This document shows positions 51,119 through 63,480 of a stretch of DNA of 64,000 bases, one piece after another. The stretch lies in NCBI RefSeq assembly GCF_902459465.1, contig NC_047065.1, positions 12,152,001 through 12,216,000 on the forward strand, read 5' to 3'. Source of the DNA: Asterias rubens. Taxonomy: Eukaryota. Numbering within the stretch: position 1 is the first letter of the stretch; every line of letters starts with the position of its first letter. A model generated the notes under the pieces. That model searched no databases. It was not told the DNA's origin and was given only the letters and a program-made list of their open reading frames with translations. A program made the translations under genes and the position numbers.

Positions 51119-52234
51119 GTTTAATGGATGATAATTACGGACAATTTAAAGGATAAAATACGTGTGAATTAATCGGCCTCTGACGGATGGTGATTCTTCT
51201 TTGTTAGACTGGACCCAGTTTGAAGAACTACCTGACTCGTATTGAAAAATGCACACAATGTAAGTCTAGAGACCAGACCGTGGTTGCTACGGTGTTTTTG
51301 TTTGCCAAGTTTGTTTGGTGGTTTTTGAGGAGATGAAGTTTGAAGGGACGGGCCTTCTTTTTCAGAACCTTTGCATCTTCCCTAAAATTAGCAATATGTA
51401 TTTTTAATTATTTTATATTAGTTTTTGGCCACAAATTGTTTCACAAAATGCCTGCTTGTAAGATATAGTCGGTTTATTCCAATGAGCCACTCTTCTCGTT
51501 TTATCTCGCCGGGGAGGTAGATCTCGCGAGTCCGATTTCGCCACCTACAAGCTCGCCCCCTAATCGGCTCGCCCCGGGTCGTTACAAAGTCGCCCCCTGA
51601 CAATGTCGCCCCCCCCTAGCAAAGTCGCCCCCAGAATTTGTTTAGGCTACTATACTTTGGTAAACAAATACAATTAAAACATTTTCAGAAAAATTCCGTA
51701 TGAAGTATTATGTGCAGACAACCAGCAGACAACTTTTTTGTTTACAACACGGCATCGAAATGTCTAGTTTGGAACTTTTGAAACCCTAATAAAACATTTA
51801 GCTTTCCACCATTGTATCCTCCTTATTAGAAACAGGTATAAAAAGTCTTACGCTTTAAAAAAACAAACGTTACAGGTAGTCTTACGCTTTCAAAAAAAAT
51901 GTTAGGCCTGCCTGCATCTGTAGCTCTGTAATTGCTATTTAGCCTTTTATATTTAAAAAAAATGTTAGGCCTGCCTGCATCTGTAGCTCTGTAATTGCTA
52001 TTTAGCCTTTTATATTTATAATACTCGTTGTCAGTTGTCATTGTTTGTTGTGGATTCATTATTTGTTCCTCCCTGAATCGAATATGTCTCACTTACATAT
52101 GTAATCCATTAATTGCTATTTAGCTTATATATTTGTAAAAGACAGTTCCAACGTGTAGTATTTGTTTTCGCCGCCTGCCGCTCAGCTGCTTATACCATAG
52201 AGCATAGAGTAAGCTTATACTTTACTTTTGTGGG

Positions 52235-52731
52235 CCGGTGTGGCGGTTTCAGACTTCCGCCGTGTTCAGTTTTCCGAATGACCAAATACGGTAGCATTAC
52301 GTCATGCGATGTCTGCGCACAGCAAGCGAAAGAAGTCCATTTTTAGTGCCGTATTGAGTTATCCATTACCCTCCGGTAGCTGTCATGGCGGCGTCCACGA
52401 GTCGAGTACAACTAGCGGCAAACGCGTGGATCGTATGAGTTGTTTTTTATGCAAGCAGAGTATGACCTGCCTAAAGTTGTACCAATGAATACATGTAAAG
52501 ATGGGGCAAGAGATTATGTGACTACACAGAAAAGAATCGTAATATAAATAATTTGGGGGTCACTGCTGAGAGAACTACAGTACTCGCCAGGGTACTCGCG
52601 GCGGTATCTGACAGGTCACCCGGAAAACTGAACACGCCGGAAAGCTAAAACCGTTCGAACAGCGTTTTGATATGTCCGACTACGTCACCCGGAAAACTGA
52701 ACACGGCGGAAGACTGAAACCGCCACACCGG
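52235..52731. mobile_element. GC-rich element with 42-bp terminal inverted repeats
   Basis: CCGGTGTGGCGGTTTCAG(A/T)CTTCCGCCGTGTTCAGTTTTCCG at both ends (1 mismatch); a partial third arm lies near 52620-52653. Confidence 0.7.
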
Positions 52732-53199
52732 GCCGGTTTATAGTCGGTCGCGCGATGGTCGCGCGACGGAAATCTTGCGCGCAATCCTAAGACTGAGGCC
52801 TGAAAACTGTGTCTTTTTATGATCTCCAGGATTTACCACGCTATGGCAACAGGACTGGTCCTTGCTCTATGAATTCAAGATATAGCTGACGTAGATTTAT
52901 GAATTTTTACCGAACTTGATACTATATTTTAAAAATAAAAACAATCTTTGTGGCCTTTTAATAGAACAAAATAAAAAATAAAAAACATACGTGGTGATTA
53001 TCGGTAATTTTGGTTTTATTTTGGACAGACTGCAATGAAAAAGTTTAAATATTTTCAGAATTAAAAAAATAATATCCAAGGAAAGTGAACAAACCTAAAT
53101 AAACCACTGGTTAAAAGACTACTATGTGATCAAAATTCATTTTTTCCGAAATACGGCGATGCCATTGGATGAAAAAAAATACGGCGATGCCATTGGATG

Positions 53200-53371
53200 A
53201 AAAACCTAACTATTTTGACGTCAACAAAAGCGGTGACACCCCGCCACCACCCACCGCACCGCTAGCTAGGATTTAGCAGTGCGCATGCGCGAGCTGAGCA
53301 GCGCCAGCGCCATTACAACTATTAGAGAATATGACTCGGTGACGTAGTTCTTAATTTCATCAACAAAAGGT
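53200..53371 (+). promoter_or_regulatory. Probable promoter and first (non-coding) exon of an unidentified plus-strand transcript
   Basis: CpG-rich, with NRF1/P3A2-type TGCGCATGCGC at 53280-53290 and a donor AAAAG|GTAAAT at 53369/53370. Confidence 0.4.
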
Positions 53372-55500
53372 AAATCTTTTTTGTTTTAATTTCTTACTGT
53401 CGAAATGCATTTCCGTAAAACCGCTGGTAATTCGTGCATGGTAATCTTGGGTTATTTAGCACTTGAAATGCATGTACAAAATCCGCTCAATTTCCTTCCG
53501 ACTCCGTGCCCAAATCACTGTCATGAATGCGTGTTCTGTTCCCTGTATGCCACTCACGTGGTGGTGCCATAGTAGTTAATAACTGAGGTCAACTGGTTCA
53601 ACTGGATAGTGACCAAACTCGTCCATTTTCCATATTAACCAAAGTAAGGTTTAGACTAGGTTTAACTGTGTACAACTTGGTTGAAATTGTAAACCAGTTG
53701 GTTTCTGTCCATTTCCCATATTAAACCAACTGGTTTTAACTGTATTTAACTAGTTTATCAACTGGTTTTCAACTAGTTCCAGTTAACACAGTTTAACTAG
53801 GTTCAACTAGAATTTTGACCTGGGTATTTTGCACCTCAACCAATGTGCGAGTATACTCCAGAGGAGGTTTCTGCATGATGATGATGATTTGAATAAATAA
53901 TTAGTACCGCTTCTTCCTTGGCCCTATGTCTATCTACTCCATGCCAGGAGGTGAAATCGTTTTTGAATAGAAACATCGACGTTTTTATGCGGATATCCTT
54001 TCCCTCATCTGTGTCACTTACCGTAGCGGGCACATTGGCCTGAAGAGCACATTCACTCGAATGTGCCGTTAGTCTTGGTGTATCTCTGCTCAATGGTTGT
54101 ATATATCTGCCATCTCACATCTGGCGTTTATTGAGTTTCGTCTATAAATCTCGCATTAGGTTTTTCATACACGAATTGTGTTTTTCCATTTTTTTTTTAC
54201 GTGCATGTCGATCACGCACAGAATGGTTAAGTCCAACTCTGCCGTGGCTCAGCGGGTCATCAATTATTCGGGTTGGGAGTATGCCACTCATAGAGGGCAT
54301 TCTGAGTGGTGACCGGTGATCTCTGTGGCGCGGAGCCAATAGAGGGGGTTTTCTATTAGTTGAGTTTTGCACCACTACAATGCACATTATCGATACGCCC
54401 AGCATGCCTAGTCTGTTAAAAAAGATTGACTTGTCTTACAGTTGGAGATTGTGCGTACCATAGAGCCGTCAAAGTGTCTGATGGGTCAAGTTGATATGAC
54501 CCGTGGAATCGTCAAGTACGAATTGTTTGAACTCCCATTCTTACTCGGTGACCATGTGCATCGGTAAACTTCATTATAACATCTGTTATTATTGTGGTTG
54601 ATATATAGGGCCTACTGGCTCTCTTGTACATTACAGAAAATGATATGAATCACATCTAGCCCTTTTAATGGAAGTTCTTATTATATTTTATTTGCAGATG
54701 TGGTTGAAGATGCATTCAAGATGTTTCAAGACTCAAGGTCGGATCTGCACATCCAGCTTGCAAGAAGAAGATTGGAATCAGGTCAGTGCAGATCACATCC
54801 AGAAATGGATCAATTGTATCATTAAAACATTAATTCTGTAAATCTATACTCTTTAGTAAACAATCACAGTGCTAGCTGTTGCTTTAGTAAATTCCATTAA
54901 TGATTGATGTAAAATGACAAATTCCTATGTTATGACAATCAGGGTTAAAATTTTGTAAATGGTTCTGCAGAACTCATGCAGCATCAACTTGTAAGTCCAC
55001 TCAAGATGAATGGCCTATTTTTATTGTTTATGTATATCCACATTATGTTTTTCGAATGGACCATGCAATACTACATATAAAATAGTATCAACAAATCATT
55101 GAGGTCGTTAGAAGTCCACACTTATTATTGATATATCCAAATCATTTAATTTACTTCATACAATGGCTTTTGTGGAAATTGATTTAGTCAGAGAATAGAC
55201 TCTGAATTGTAGAATCATTTAACTACAAAAGTACTGGCCTTCAGCTCGTACATTCCATAAACAATTAGTCATTTATACACTTTCTTATGTGCTGCTCAGA
55301 ACTATAAGGTCGCTAATGGATTTTTTATATTTCTAATGATTTCCAGATCATTTGGTGAAAATGCACACAAATTTGAAAAAAGTAGAAAAAAATCAACAAA
55401 ATAATTAAAATTTTACTTTGAAATGATAGTTTCTATTTGCCAAACAATTTTGAAGAACACTATTGATTAATAAACCCCATTTACTAGAAGCTCAACAATA

Positions 55501-55980
55501 CTTAAATTGGCTTAATGGCTTCAATTGATGATGTGGTTCTGTTTGAGGCCAAGTTGTGGGTGAGATGTTGGCCTTGTTGTAGGTTGTTGAAACCCTGGGC
55601 GCCACGATGGGACGGAGGGGAACATCGGGACTGTGAACTTGGGTTGATCGAAGAAACAAGGGCAGGTTGATGCAGAGGTCTTTTGATGGTAGTACCTGGG
55701 TGAGCTGATGGCCTTAGACTGATGGAGAGATCGGAGCTTGTTGCTGATCTTGCATTTAATGGCCAAGATGTGTTTTTTGGTAGGCGTCTGTAAGTGTCAA
55801 TCGACAGAATTTTAGTCACCTTGTGGTTATACTTAGTGGTAGATATGCCCACAGTGGTGTGCCGGCTGGCATGAAGTGGATGGATTGGTCTTTAGGTAGG
55901 GCTTAGATGGCAGCATTCTACTGCTTGCTTTTGGTCTTGGTAGGTTAGTGTTCTTGAGGATTAGCAGGATCTGGATATGG
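55501..55980 (-). pseudogene. Penelope-like element RT N-terminal fragment (degenerate)
   Basis: Mixed frames give ISTTKYNHKVTKILSIDTYRRLPKN...AIKCKISNKLRSLHQS...TSASTCP.FF.QPK; inverted homologue of 56036-56540. Confidence 0.7.
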
Positions 55981-56035
55981 ACTTGAGTTAGGTTTAGGGT
56001 AGAGTTATGGTTGAGTTACGGTTAGGGTGTGTGGT

Positions 56036-56540
56036 CGAGTCCACATCTGACTTATAACCTCAAGGAGACTGCGATTCTGATGTCGACCAACACTTACATA
56101 CATTTACCAAGAAACTCCATTCTGGCCATCAAACACAAGATCAGCAACAAGCTCCGGTCTCTCCATCAGTCTCGTCTCAAGCCATCAGCACACCCAGGCC
56201 ATCTCAAGACTTCTGCATCCCCTTGCCCTTGTTTCTTCGGTCAACCCAAGATTCACAATCCCGAGATTCCCCTCCATCCCATCGTGGCGCCCAGGGTTTC
56301 AACAATCTACAACAAGACCAGACATCTCACCAAGATTCTCCACCCACTACTTGGCCACAAACAGTACCACATCACCAATTTAAGCCAGTTCGTCAACATC
56401 ATAAATGACATTCACCTTGGTCAAACCGACATTCTTGAGAGTTTTGACAAAGTCTCTCTCTTCACCAACATACCTAAGAAAGAAACATGTGTCATCGTCA
56501 AATAATGCCCACAAGTTAATCCCTCTACGACAGACCCCAC
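56036..56540 (+). pseudogene. Penelope-like element RT fragment (degenerate)
   Basis: FFGQPKIHNPEIPLHPIV...RHLTKILHPLLG...SFDKVSLFTNIP matches the Penelope RT pattern YGLPKIHK..IPLRPIV...SFDVVSLFTNIP. Confidence 0.8.
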
Positions 56541-59267
56541 AAGCTTCACTATTTGTGACCCGCTCTGACGGAATGAGGAATGTCTAGTAAAGTTTCATTT
56601 CGTGTAATTTGACACCGAACATAATCATAACAAACAATTAATGAAAATTATTGAATTTTTTAATTTTTTTATTACTACACTTTTAGGTTGCCTAAATCTT
56701 GATTAAACTTACAATGGTCTTACCTTTTCGTCAAAAGATTACTAAAGATGTAAAAACAGACGATTTCTGAGCCATGTTCTTGACGTAATTATCCAAAAAT
56801 GTTCCAAATCCCACGGGACAGACAGCGAACATTCATTGAAAACACCAAATTTGGCGAGCGTCGCAAAACTTTTCACACAACTTGCATAGCGCCACCAAGA
56901 GTACCATTGGAAAGCCAAAGATTAGAGGTGTCTAAATATAGCCACCAAAAACATGTGTCAACACTGAAAGGGGTTCAAAGGTCACCAAAGGCAAACCCTG
57001 TTTTATCAGCGATGACATCTCCCATTCATAAATCCGCGTCGCGAGATTTAGTATGGCTCACAGACCGAGGCGTTGTTTATCCATGCAGCGTGAGAGTCCG
57101 ATCACCCGACCCGGTCTTGTTGCCATAGCTAGTTGCAGCGCTGGTAATACGACAATGTACACACGAAGACTGCGCGGGTACCATGCACAAACTTTGCTAC
57201 ACGTACGACGTATGGAACAGTGGAATGTTTATCGAACGTTGGGAAAACAGTGTCTAATTTCCATCATTGTTTTGTGGTTTTTCAAGGTTGAATTGTTCCA
57301 AACCAAAATAATTCTGAATGTTAAAGGAATAATCTTTCAGTTAAACTTCATGCTGGGTAAGAAATTTCGCTAAAATCATGAGAAACATGCACGGGGAAAT
57401 TGCGAATGTTCCCGGGTCTTCAAGCCGAGTATACCCGTGGGGATTGATGCTATGCGCTGAGTGACAGCTGTCTTTACAATGTTTTGACTTGACGGAACAA
57501 AACTCGCATTTCAAGTTGGAAATATCAACGCAAATTGCTCTAAAATTTCAGGTAAACATTGTCAAACTTATTGGTGAAATTGTCTACACATTATAATCTA
57601 ACTTCTCGTTGAGTTGTTTGTTCATTTTGGTAATTTTGTTTGCCTGACTACGGGGGGTTAAAAATTGATGTTTTCATTATCGTAAACAAAAATATTAATA
57701 TTATTTTAATGAGTGTGTGAGACGTCGCGTTTTTTCAAATTAATTTTTATGGAGTTTGTGTTTTCCAAAACGGGTCGTAAAATTAAGCGTCAAGGGCGTC
57801 GAAAATTCCACATTGGTTCAGACAGGAAGGTCGTATGATCTTGATTTTTATTTCATTTAAAATATTAAGATTTGCTTGTTTGGAATATTATGAAATATGC
57901 AAATGTGAAATTCACTAGACATTCCTCATTTCGTTAGAGCGGGTCACATTTAACAAGTCACTGATCTTCTCATTACCTGCTTGTTTTCATCCAGCTTCTG
58001 ATTGAGGGACTAGTTCTATGATGTACAAGTTTCTAGTAGGCTTCATTATGGTCTTCCTTGCACACTTAAATACCTCAATAATTTTTGATACTATTTTTTC
58101 GGTAGTAATTGCATTGTTTATTCTAAAAACATGATATGAGTTATTTGTAACCTATACAAATAGGGCATTCACCTTGAATGGACTTTTCACAGGACTCAGG
58201 AAAGTACTGAGTAAACAGTGTTAACACACATTGGTGTAAGGGTTAAACCAAAATTATCAATCTTTATCCTGGATGCAAATTTAACATCTTTTAAAATAGG
58301 AATGGTAGTTTTACATCAATCATTACTAAATTTTACCAAAGCAACAGCACTGCAGTGTTCAGAACTATAATACAGTCTTAACAGTATTGCAATTTGTATG
58401 GGTTTCATAAAAATGATTTGCATATTGTTTGGCTCCTGGTAATTGTATATGAAATAAATTAAATAAATTTGATTTCTCAATAATAAGTGTAGATTCCGAA
58501 GATTACCCATGCATGCATATTTTCAGTAATTTTACTAATGGCCACAAATTCCTGGCAGCCAAAAATGTATGTTTGGAGAAACCATTTTTAAAGTTTAGAA
58601 ATTAATTTTGAAATTACTGGCTGGTACATGGAGACTATTCACGGTTTTATTTTTTGAAATTTCACACTGACAGCTACTTGGTCCTGTTACCGTAAACGTT
58701 AATATTCAAAAGTAACTTTTATCATCTTGTTGATTTGTTGAGGAACATTACATAATTGGTATGAACAAAACTTGTCTAAGATAACAGATTTACATCAAAC
58801 TAAGTATAGGTCTATTGATGATTGACACTGACAGTAGAAAACATACCTTTAAATGTTTCTGTCTGAAACGTCATATTTTATGAGAAGTTTATAAAACTAA
58901 TTTCCCGTTTTGAGTTCGTTGCACAGTGAGCGAAAACGTGTTATAAATTTTCACTAATTTCGCGTGACCCAGGTGGCTGTTCGGTCTTAAGCCTATACAG
59001 GTTTGTTTAAATGTACATTGTAAATTGTGGATAATATAAAGTGCTTCTATACACTGCCAGGAGTGTCAGCAACTGTTTTGTTAGCAAAAGCCAATAATAT
59101 AATGTTGCTTTAAACTTAACTTTTACATATTGTATTTGTGTAGTGTGATGAATTGGTTATAAGGCTAATTATTAAGTTGTTTGCTTGTGAGACAGCCGTG
59201 TACTGGACCATGGTCCCTCTGTAATTTTCCTGAAATATAAAGAGAGTTTTATCAAAAGGTGTATAGA

Positions 59268-59600
59268 GGCACTGGACATTATTGGTAATTACTCAAAATA
59301 ATTTGTAGCATAAAAAGACCTACTTGGTTACCAGCAATAGAGAGCTGTGGATAGTATGAAACTTTGTGAGAAACGGCTTCCCCTGAAGTAACGTATAGTT
59401 TGTTTAGAAAGAGGTGATTTCTCATTCAAACAATAAAATACTTCAGCTTATATGCATCTGAAAGCACACACATTTATGCAACAAGGGTGTTTCGATGACC
59501 AATTGAGTCCAAATTTTCACAGGTTTGTTTTTTGATGTATGCGTTAGGATACACCAAGTGAGAATACTGGTCTTTGTCGGTTACCAAACATGTCAAGTAC
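59268..59600. mobile_element. TTAA-type MITE family A, diverged
   Basis: AGGCACTGGACATTATTGGTAATTACTCAAAATAA... body; further pieces at 60083-60140 and about 60500-60770. Confidence 0.65.
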
Positions 59601-59706
59601 CTTCAGTTTAAGTTTCACATTGTTTATATTTTCATTTTATCTATCATAATAGTGTGATTGCAGAAAACAAAACACATACGTTTTATGAAGTGTGCCTACT
59701 CCTGTT

Positions 59707-59999
59707 TAAGCCTGGGCGACTTGTGTGACTAGGGTCGACAATATTGATTGCTTAGACGAGTCAGGACAATCGCTATTCAACTACTACAGGTTAATCATGC
59801 TGCCTTGAACATCACTGACATCAGTGACACAATCTATCAATTCTTTCAGCAGGAATTTTAGTATATTGTGCCTGCAGCAAACAAATGCTGCATTGCATCT
59901 TGGGAATTAAAAATTACTCGCAACTACATGTAGTAGAAATTCGCAACTGTTTGTGGTGAGACTAGTCAAGTAGTAAATGTCACTAGTTGCCCAGGCTTA
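59707..59999. mobile_element. hAT-type MITE
   Basis: TIR TAAGCCTGGGC(G/A)ACT; near-perfect 8-bp TSD CTCCTGTT / CCCCTGTT. Confidence 0.75.
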
Positions 60000-61839
60000 C
60001 CCCTGTTGTTAATACCTATGTTAATATGTTGCCTTTTTTACAGTTTAATTTCTACATTATATTACCATTTAAAATCTTTTATTAAAGGCACTGGACACTA
60101 CTGGTAATTACTCAAAGTAATTGTTGGCATAAAAACCTACTTGGTAAACTTACTTGAAAATGAACTAAATTTTGCCTGAGTCTTGTTTTTGTCATGTAAC
60201 TCTTCTAAACAAACTCAAAAAGGAAGAATTGTTTAGAAATGTTTTGCATGATTTTGGCAGGTTCTCAGCAAACCTGAACTCCCTCTCATTTTGTTTTGTC
60301 ACTTTTTCAAATTATAATAAGTGATATAAACTTTCGAGACTCAATTTTGACAGCACGTTATTGACCTTGAAGATAGTCATTTGACCTACATGTAGTGGGG
60401 GGGGGGTATGTTCTATTATTCTCAATGAATTGTTGTTGACTTTTCAGGAAAAGAATAATTGACTTTTTCTGAAATTCATGTTATGTTACCACTTTTGTGC
60501 CCTTCCTCTCTTTCAGAGATAGGTAGTCTTTGTGCAGGAAAAATCATCATCTTAACTATTAGCACAAACAGAATATTAATTTGTCACCAATGGAGATACT
60601 AGCCGTGGGAGACAGAGAAGTACTTTAGGCCTGAAGCCTTTTTCAGTTGAAGCCCAATTGATCAAATGAGCCAATGTTTTCACAGAATTGTTACTTTGTG
60701 CATGTTGGGATACACCAAGTGAGCTACTGGTCTTTGACAAAATTAATACCAAACGTGTTCAGTGCCTTTAAGTAAAATAGGGAAAAAATAGAGAAACCTA
60801 ATAAAACAACATGTCATTTCTCTCAGTGGCCCTTAAACCACCAATCACATGAAATGCCTACAACAAATTGTATTTCACATGAGTTTGAACCGATATCACA
60901 CAACACAAAAATGTCTGTTTGAAAATTTGTTTTTTCATTGGTACTTGAGCGGTCACTCAAATCATAGTAATTTAATTTGTTGTCATGATTGGTAATAATT
61001 TTTTTTTAAAATATGCAAGTGGCCAGACAGCAGACACACGAGGCCTGAAAGCTACTTCAAGGTGTGAGCTACAATTTTCTATTGTAGAGGCCATTGCCAC
61101 GTACTACTACTAGTGTTGAAACAGGGTTAACCCCTTTTAAACTCCATACGGATGTAGGCTTGGGTATCATCAGTCTGAAACCTGGCCGGTAGAGCAGAAA
61201 GCACTACGTCCCCGATTTTCTGTAGCAATATTAAGACATTTGTAAAGTGCATAATAGTGCAAAAAGCCTCTCTAAGTGCATAGCTAGAACAATAAAGTGT
61301 ATGTCTGATTCTTCTACTACATTATATATCAATCTGCTTGCAAACAAGAGGTATAAATAATTAAACGTATACATTATTCCCATTTTTGCTTGTGATTTAT
61401 GTATCTAGTAACTTTAAATGAATGTGTCATACAATGTAGTTACAATTCGGCTGTAATGTTGTGAAATGTTAACCTTTAATCTATTGTTCTATCTATCTAT
61501 CTTTCTTTCTTTCTTTGAACCTGTTGATCAATGGAGCCGAACAGCCAGCCACAGCGCTTTTCTCGAAATAGATAACAGTTTAAAACTGACATTGGCTCTA
61601 ACGAGTGCGCTTAACTGGAAGTAAAGGTCAAATGGGGTCACACTCTGTGTAGCTTTTGTTTAAAAGTATGCAAAGCCCATGCAATGATTTATAGATTGTA
61701 CAAATCCGTTGTGTGGTTTATGTGTTGTGTTTTTTTAATTATATTTAACTTTTATTTAATGTATTGCAATACATAATGTAGGATTTAAATTTACCAAGAC
61801 ATGGGGACAAAAAATCACCCAAAATGTTCAACATGGTGT

Positions 61840-62640
61840 TGGAAGAGGTTTTCAAGAACACTTTACTGGATGAGAAGGAAGGGGTACATTATTGATGGAG
61901 AAATGTTATTAGATCTATGCTTTGCAGATGATGTGGCTCTATCAACTCTTCTGCTAATGACTTAGAAGTGCAAATAAATGAAGTAGAGAGCAAAAATAAA
62001 GACAATGGATTGAGGATGCACAAGGAAAAGTTCATGACCAACTTCAATACAGATGATTCAATAATGGTGGAGGACCAAGGGAATGCTAGGGTCAATGAAT
62101 ATAAATACTGTACCAAACAATAAAACTGGACGACATCACAAAAGATGAAGCATTTATAATCAGGATTAAGACAGGATGGATCTCCTTTGGACGACACAGA
62201 GGAATATTTTGTGATAGGAACATACCTACATGGTATATGGTATTGAGGAGAAAAATAAAGGATCAGTGTGGGCTATCAACAATAACTTATGGAGCAGAAA
62301 CAACAAAACTGATAGAACATAAACTCTGCACACCAACAAAAGCAATGGAGAGACGAGTGCTACATTTCTTAATACAAAGACAGGATTAAATGCACGGAAA
62401 CAAGAGAGAACAGAGGAAAATATGAAAAAGCCTATATGGAGATGGGATGGACACTTTACCCTTAGAACTGACAATATATGGACAAGAATCATGGATTGGC
62501 AACCAAGGAAAGAGGTACAAGTAGACAGAGAAGAAGATCACCACGGAGAAATGACATCATGCAGGAGCAACATGAACCAGAACTGCAAGTAATAAAAATG
62601 AATGGCATTTACATGAGGAGGGACATATCCTACACTGGAT
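61840..62640 (+). pseudogene. Degenerate RTE-clade LINE reverse transcriptase 3' half
   Basis: EEVFKN...IDGEMLLDLCFADDVAL (FADD catalytic motif), ITYGAET, WRWDGH...TRIMDWQPRK; many frameshifts and stops. Confidence 0.75.
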
Positions 62641-62731
62641 GCGTACACAGCCTAAGTGATCATCTTTAAAAGTACATAAATGTGACATCACTTACGACGT
62701 AACTGAATGATTGTCATCTCTGAATATCTAA

Positions 62732-63385
62732 CTAAATGTGAAATTTCTGTGGGAGCTGCTGCTCGCTGGATGTTTCCGGTATGGAATCGATAAAATGAAA
62801 CTGGAACTGAACGACTGTTTTCGGGTACCCATTATAACTGCTACGGGGGTACAGTGGACCAAATTGTTCTGGATGGTGGACTCCAAGAATGGATAATGGA
62901 ATGAAGACCTGTGTGGATAATGCTAATTGCGTGCGTGCTTCCAGTGTACAGTATGGGCGAGGATCTGCATTTCTGGTGACTTGAACATCATGGAAGATGA
63001 TGGTATTGTTCTCCTTTAGTTCCATGGTCAATTTGATGAGTGCATGCTGGTTGTTCAGGTGTTGGAGGAACTGATGATCAAGTGTTGTCTTGACAAAACT
63101 GACATGAATGTTGAACTTGTGTTGGTGATATGGTGCTGTGTAGTGCCAATTGGTGAGATGTCTGGCCATGTTGTAGGTTGGTGAACCCCTGGACACCACT
63201 ACATTCTTGGAGGGGAGCATCAAGATTGTGTATCTTGGGTTGTCTAAGGAAACGAGGGCAGGGGATTCAGAGAGCTCTAGAATGCAAATTAAAGTTACGC
63301 TAAATTGGTGTGCTAAAGGCTTGAAACAAATGGAGCTGCTATGTGATCTTGCATTCAATATCCGGAATGGGGTTTCTTGGAGGTG
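62732..63385 (-). pseudogene. Penelope-like element RT fragment with an internal deletion
   Basis: GSPTYNMARHLT...QFLQHLNNQHALIKLTMELKENNTIIFHDVQVTRN matches Penelope RT (FLxHLNxQHxxIKFTMExExxxxIPFLDV). Confidence 0.75.
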
Positions 63386-63386
63386 T

Positions 63387-63480
63387 CTATCCCTAACACA
63401 ACTCTAACCCTCATCCTAACCCTAACCCTAGTTCTACCCGGGAGTTCTATCACCCTAACCCTTAATGTAACCCTAACCCC
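63387..63480 (+). repeat. Degenerate (CCCTAA)n telomere-like tract
   Basis: Exact CCCTAA at 63391, 63420, 63453 and 63471, plus variants. Confidence 0.7.

Noticed and set aside
51890-52130. Short local tandem duplications (also near 14281-14540, 46080-46230 and 53148-53195)
   Set aside because: Ordinary slippage duplications in non-coding DNA with no functional signal.
56590-57650. GC-richer block with ORFs 56799-57128 and 57053-57373, possibly a DNA transposon remnant
   Set aside because: No TIR, TSD or protein motif could be established by eye.
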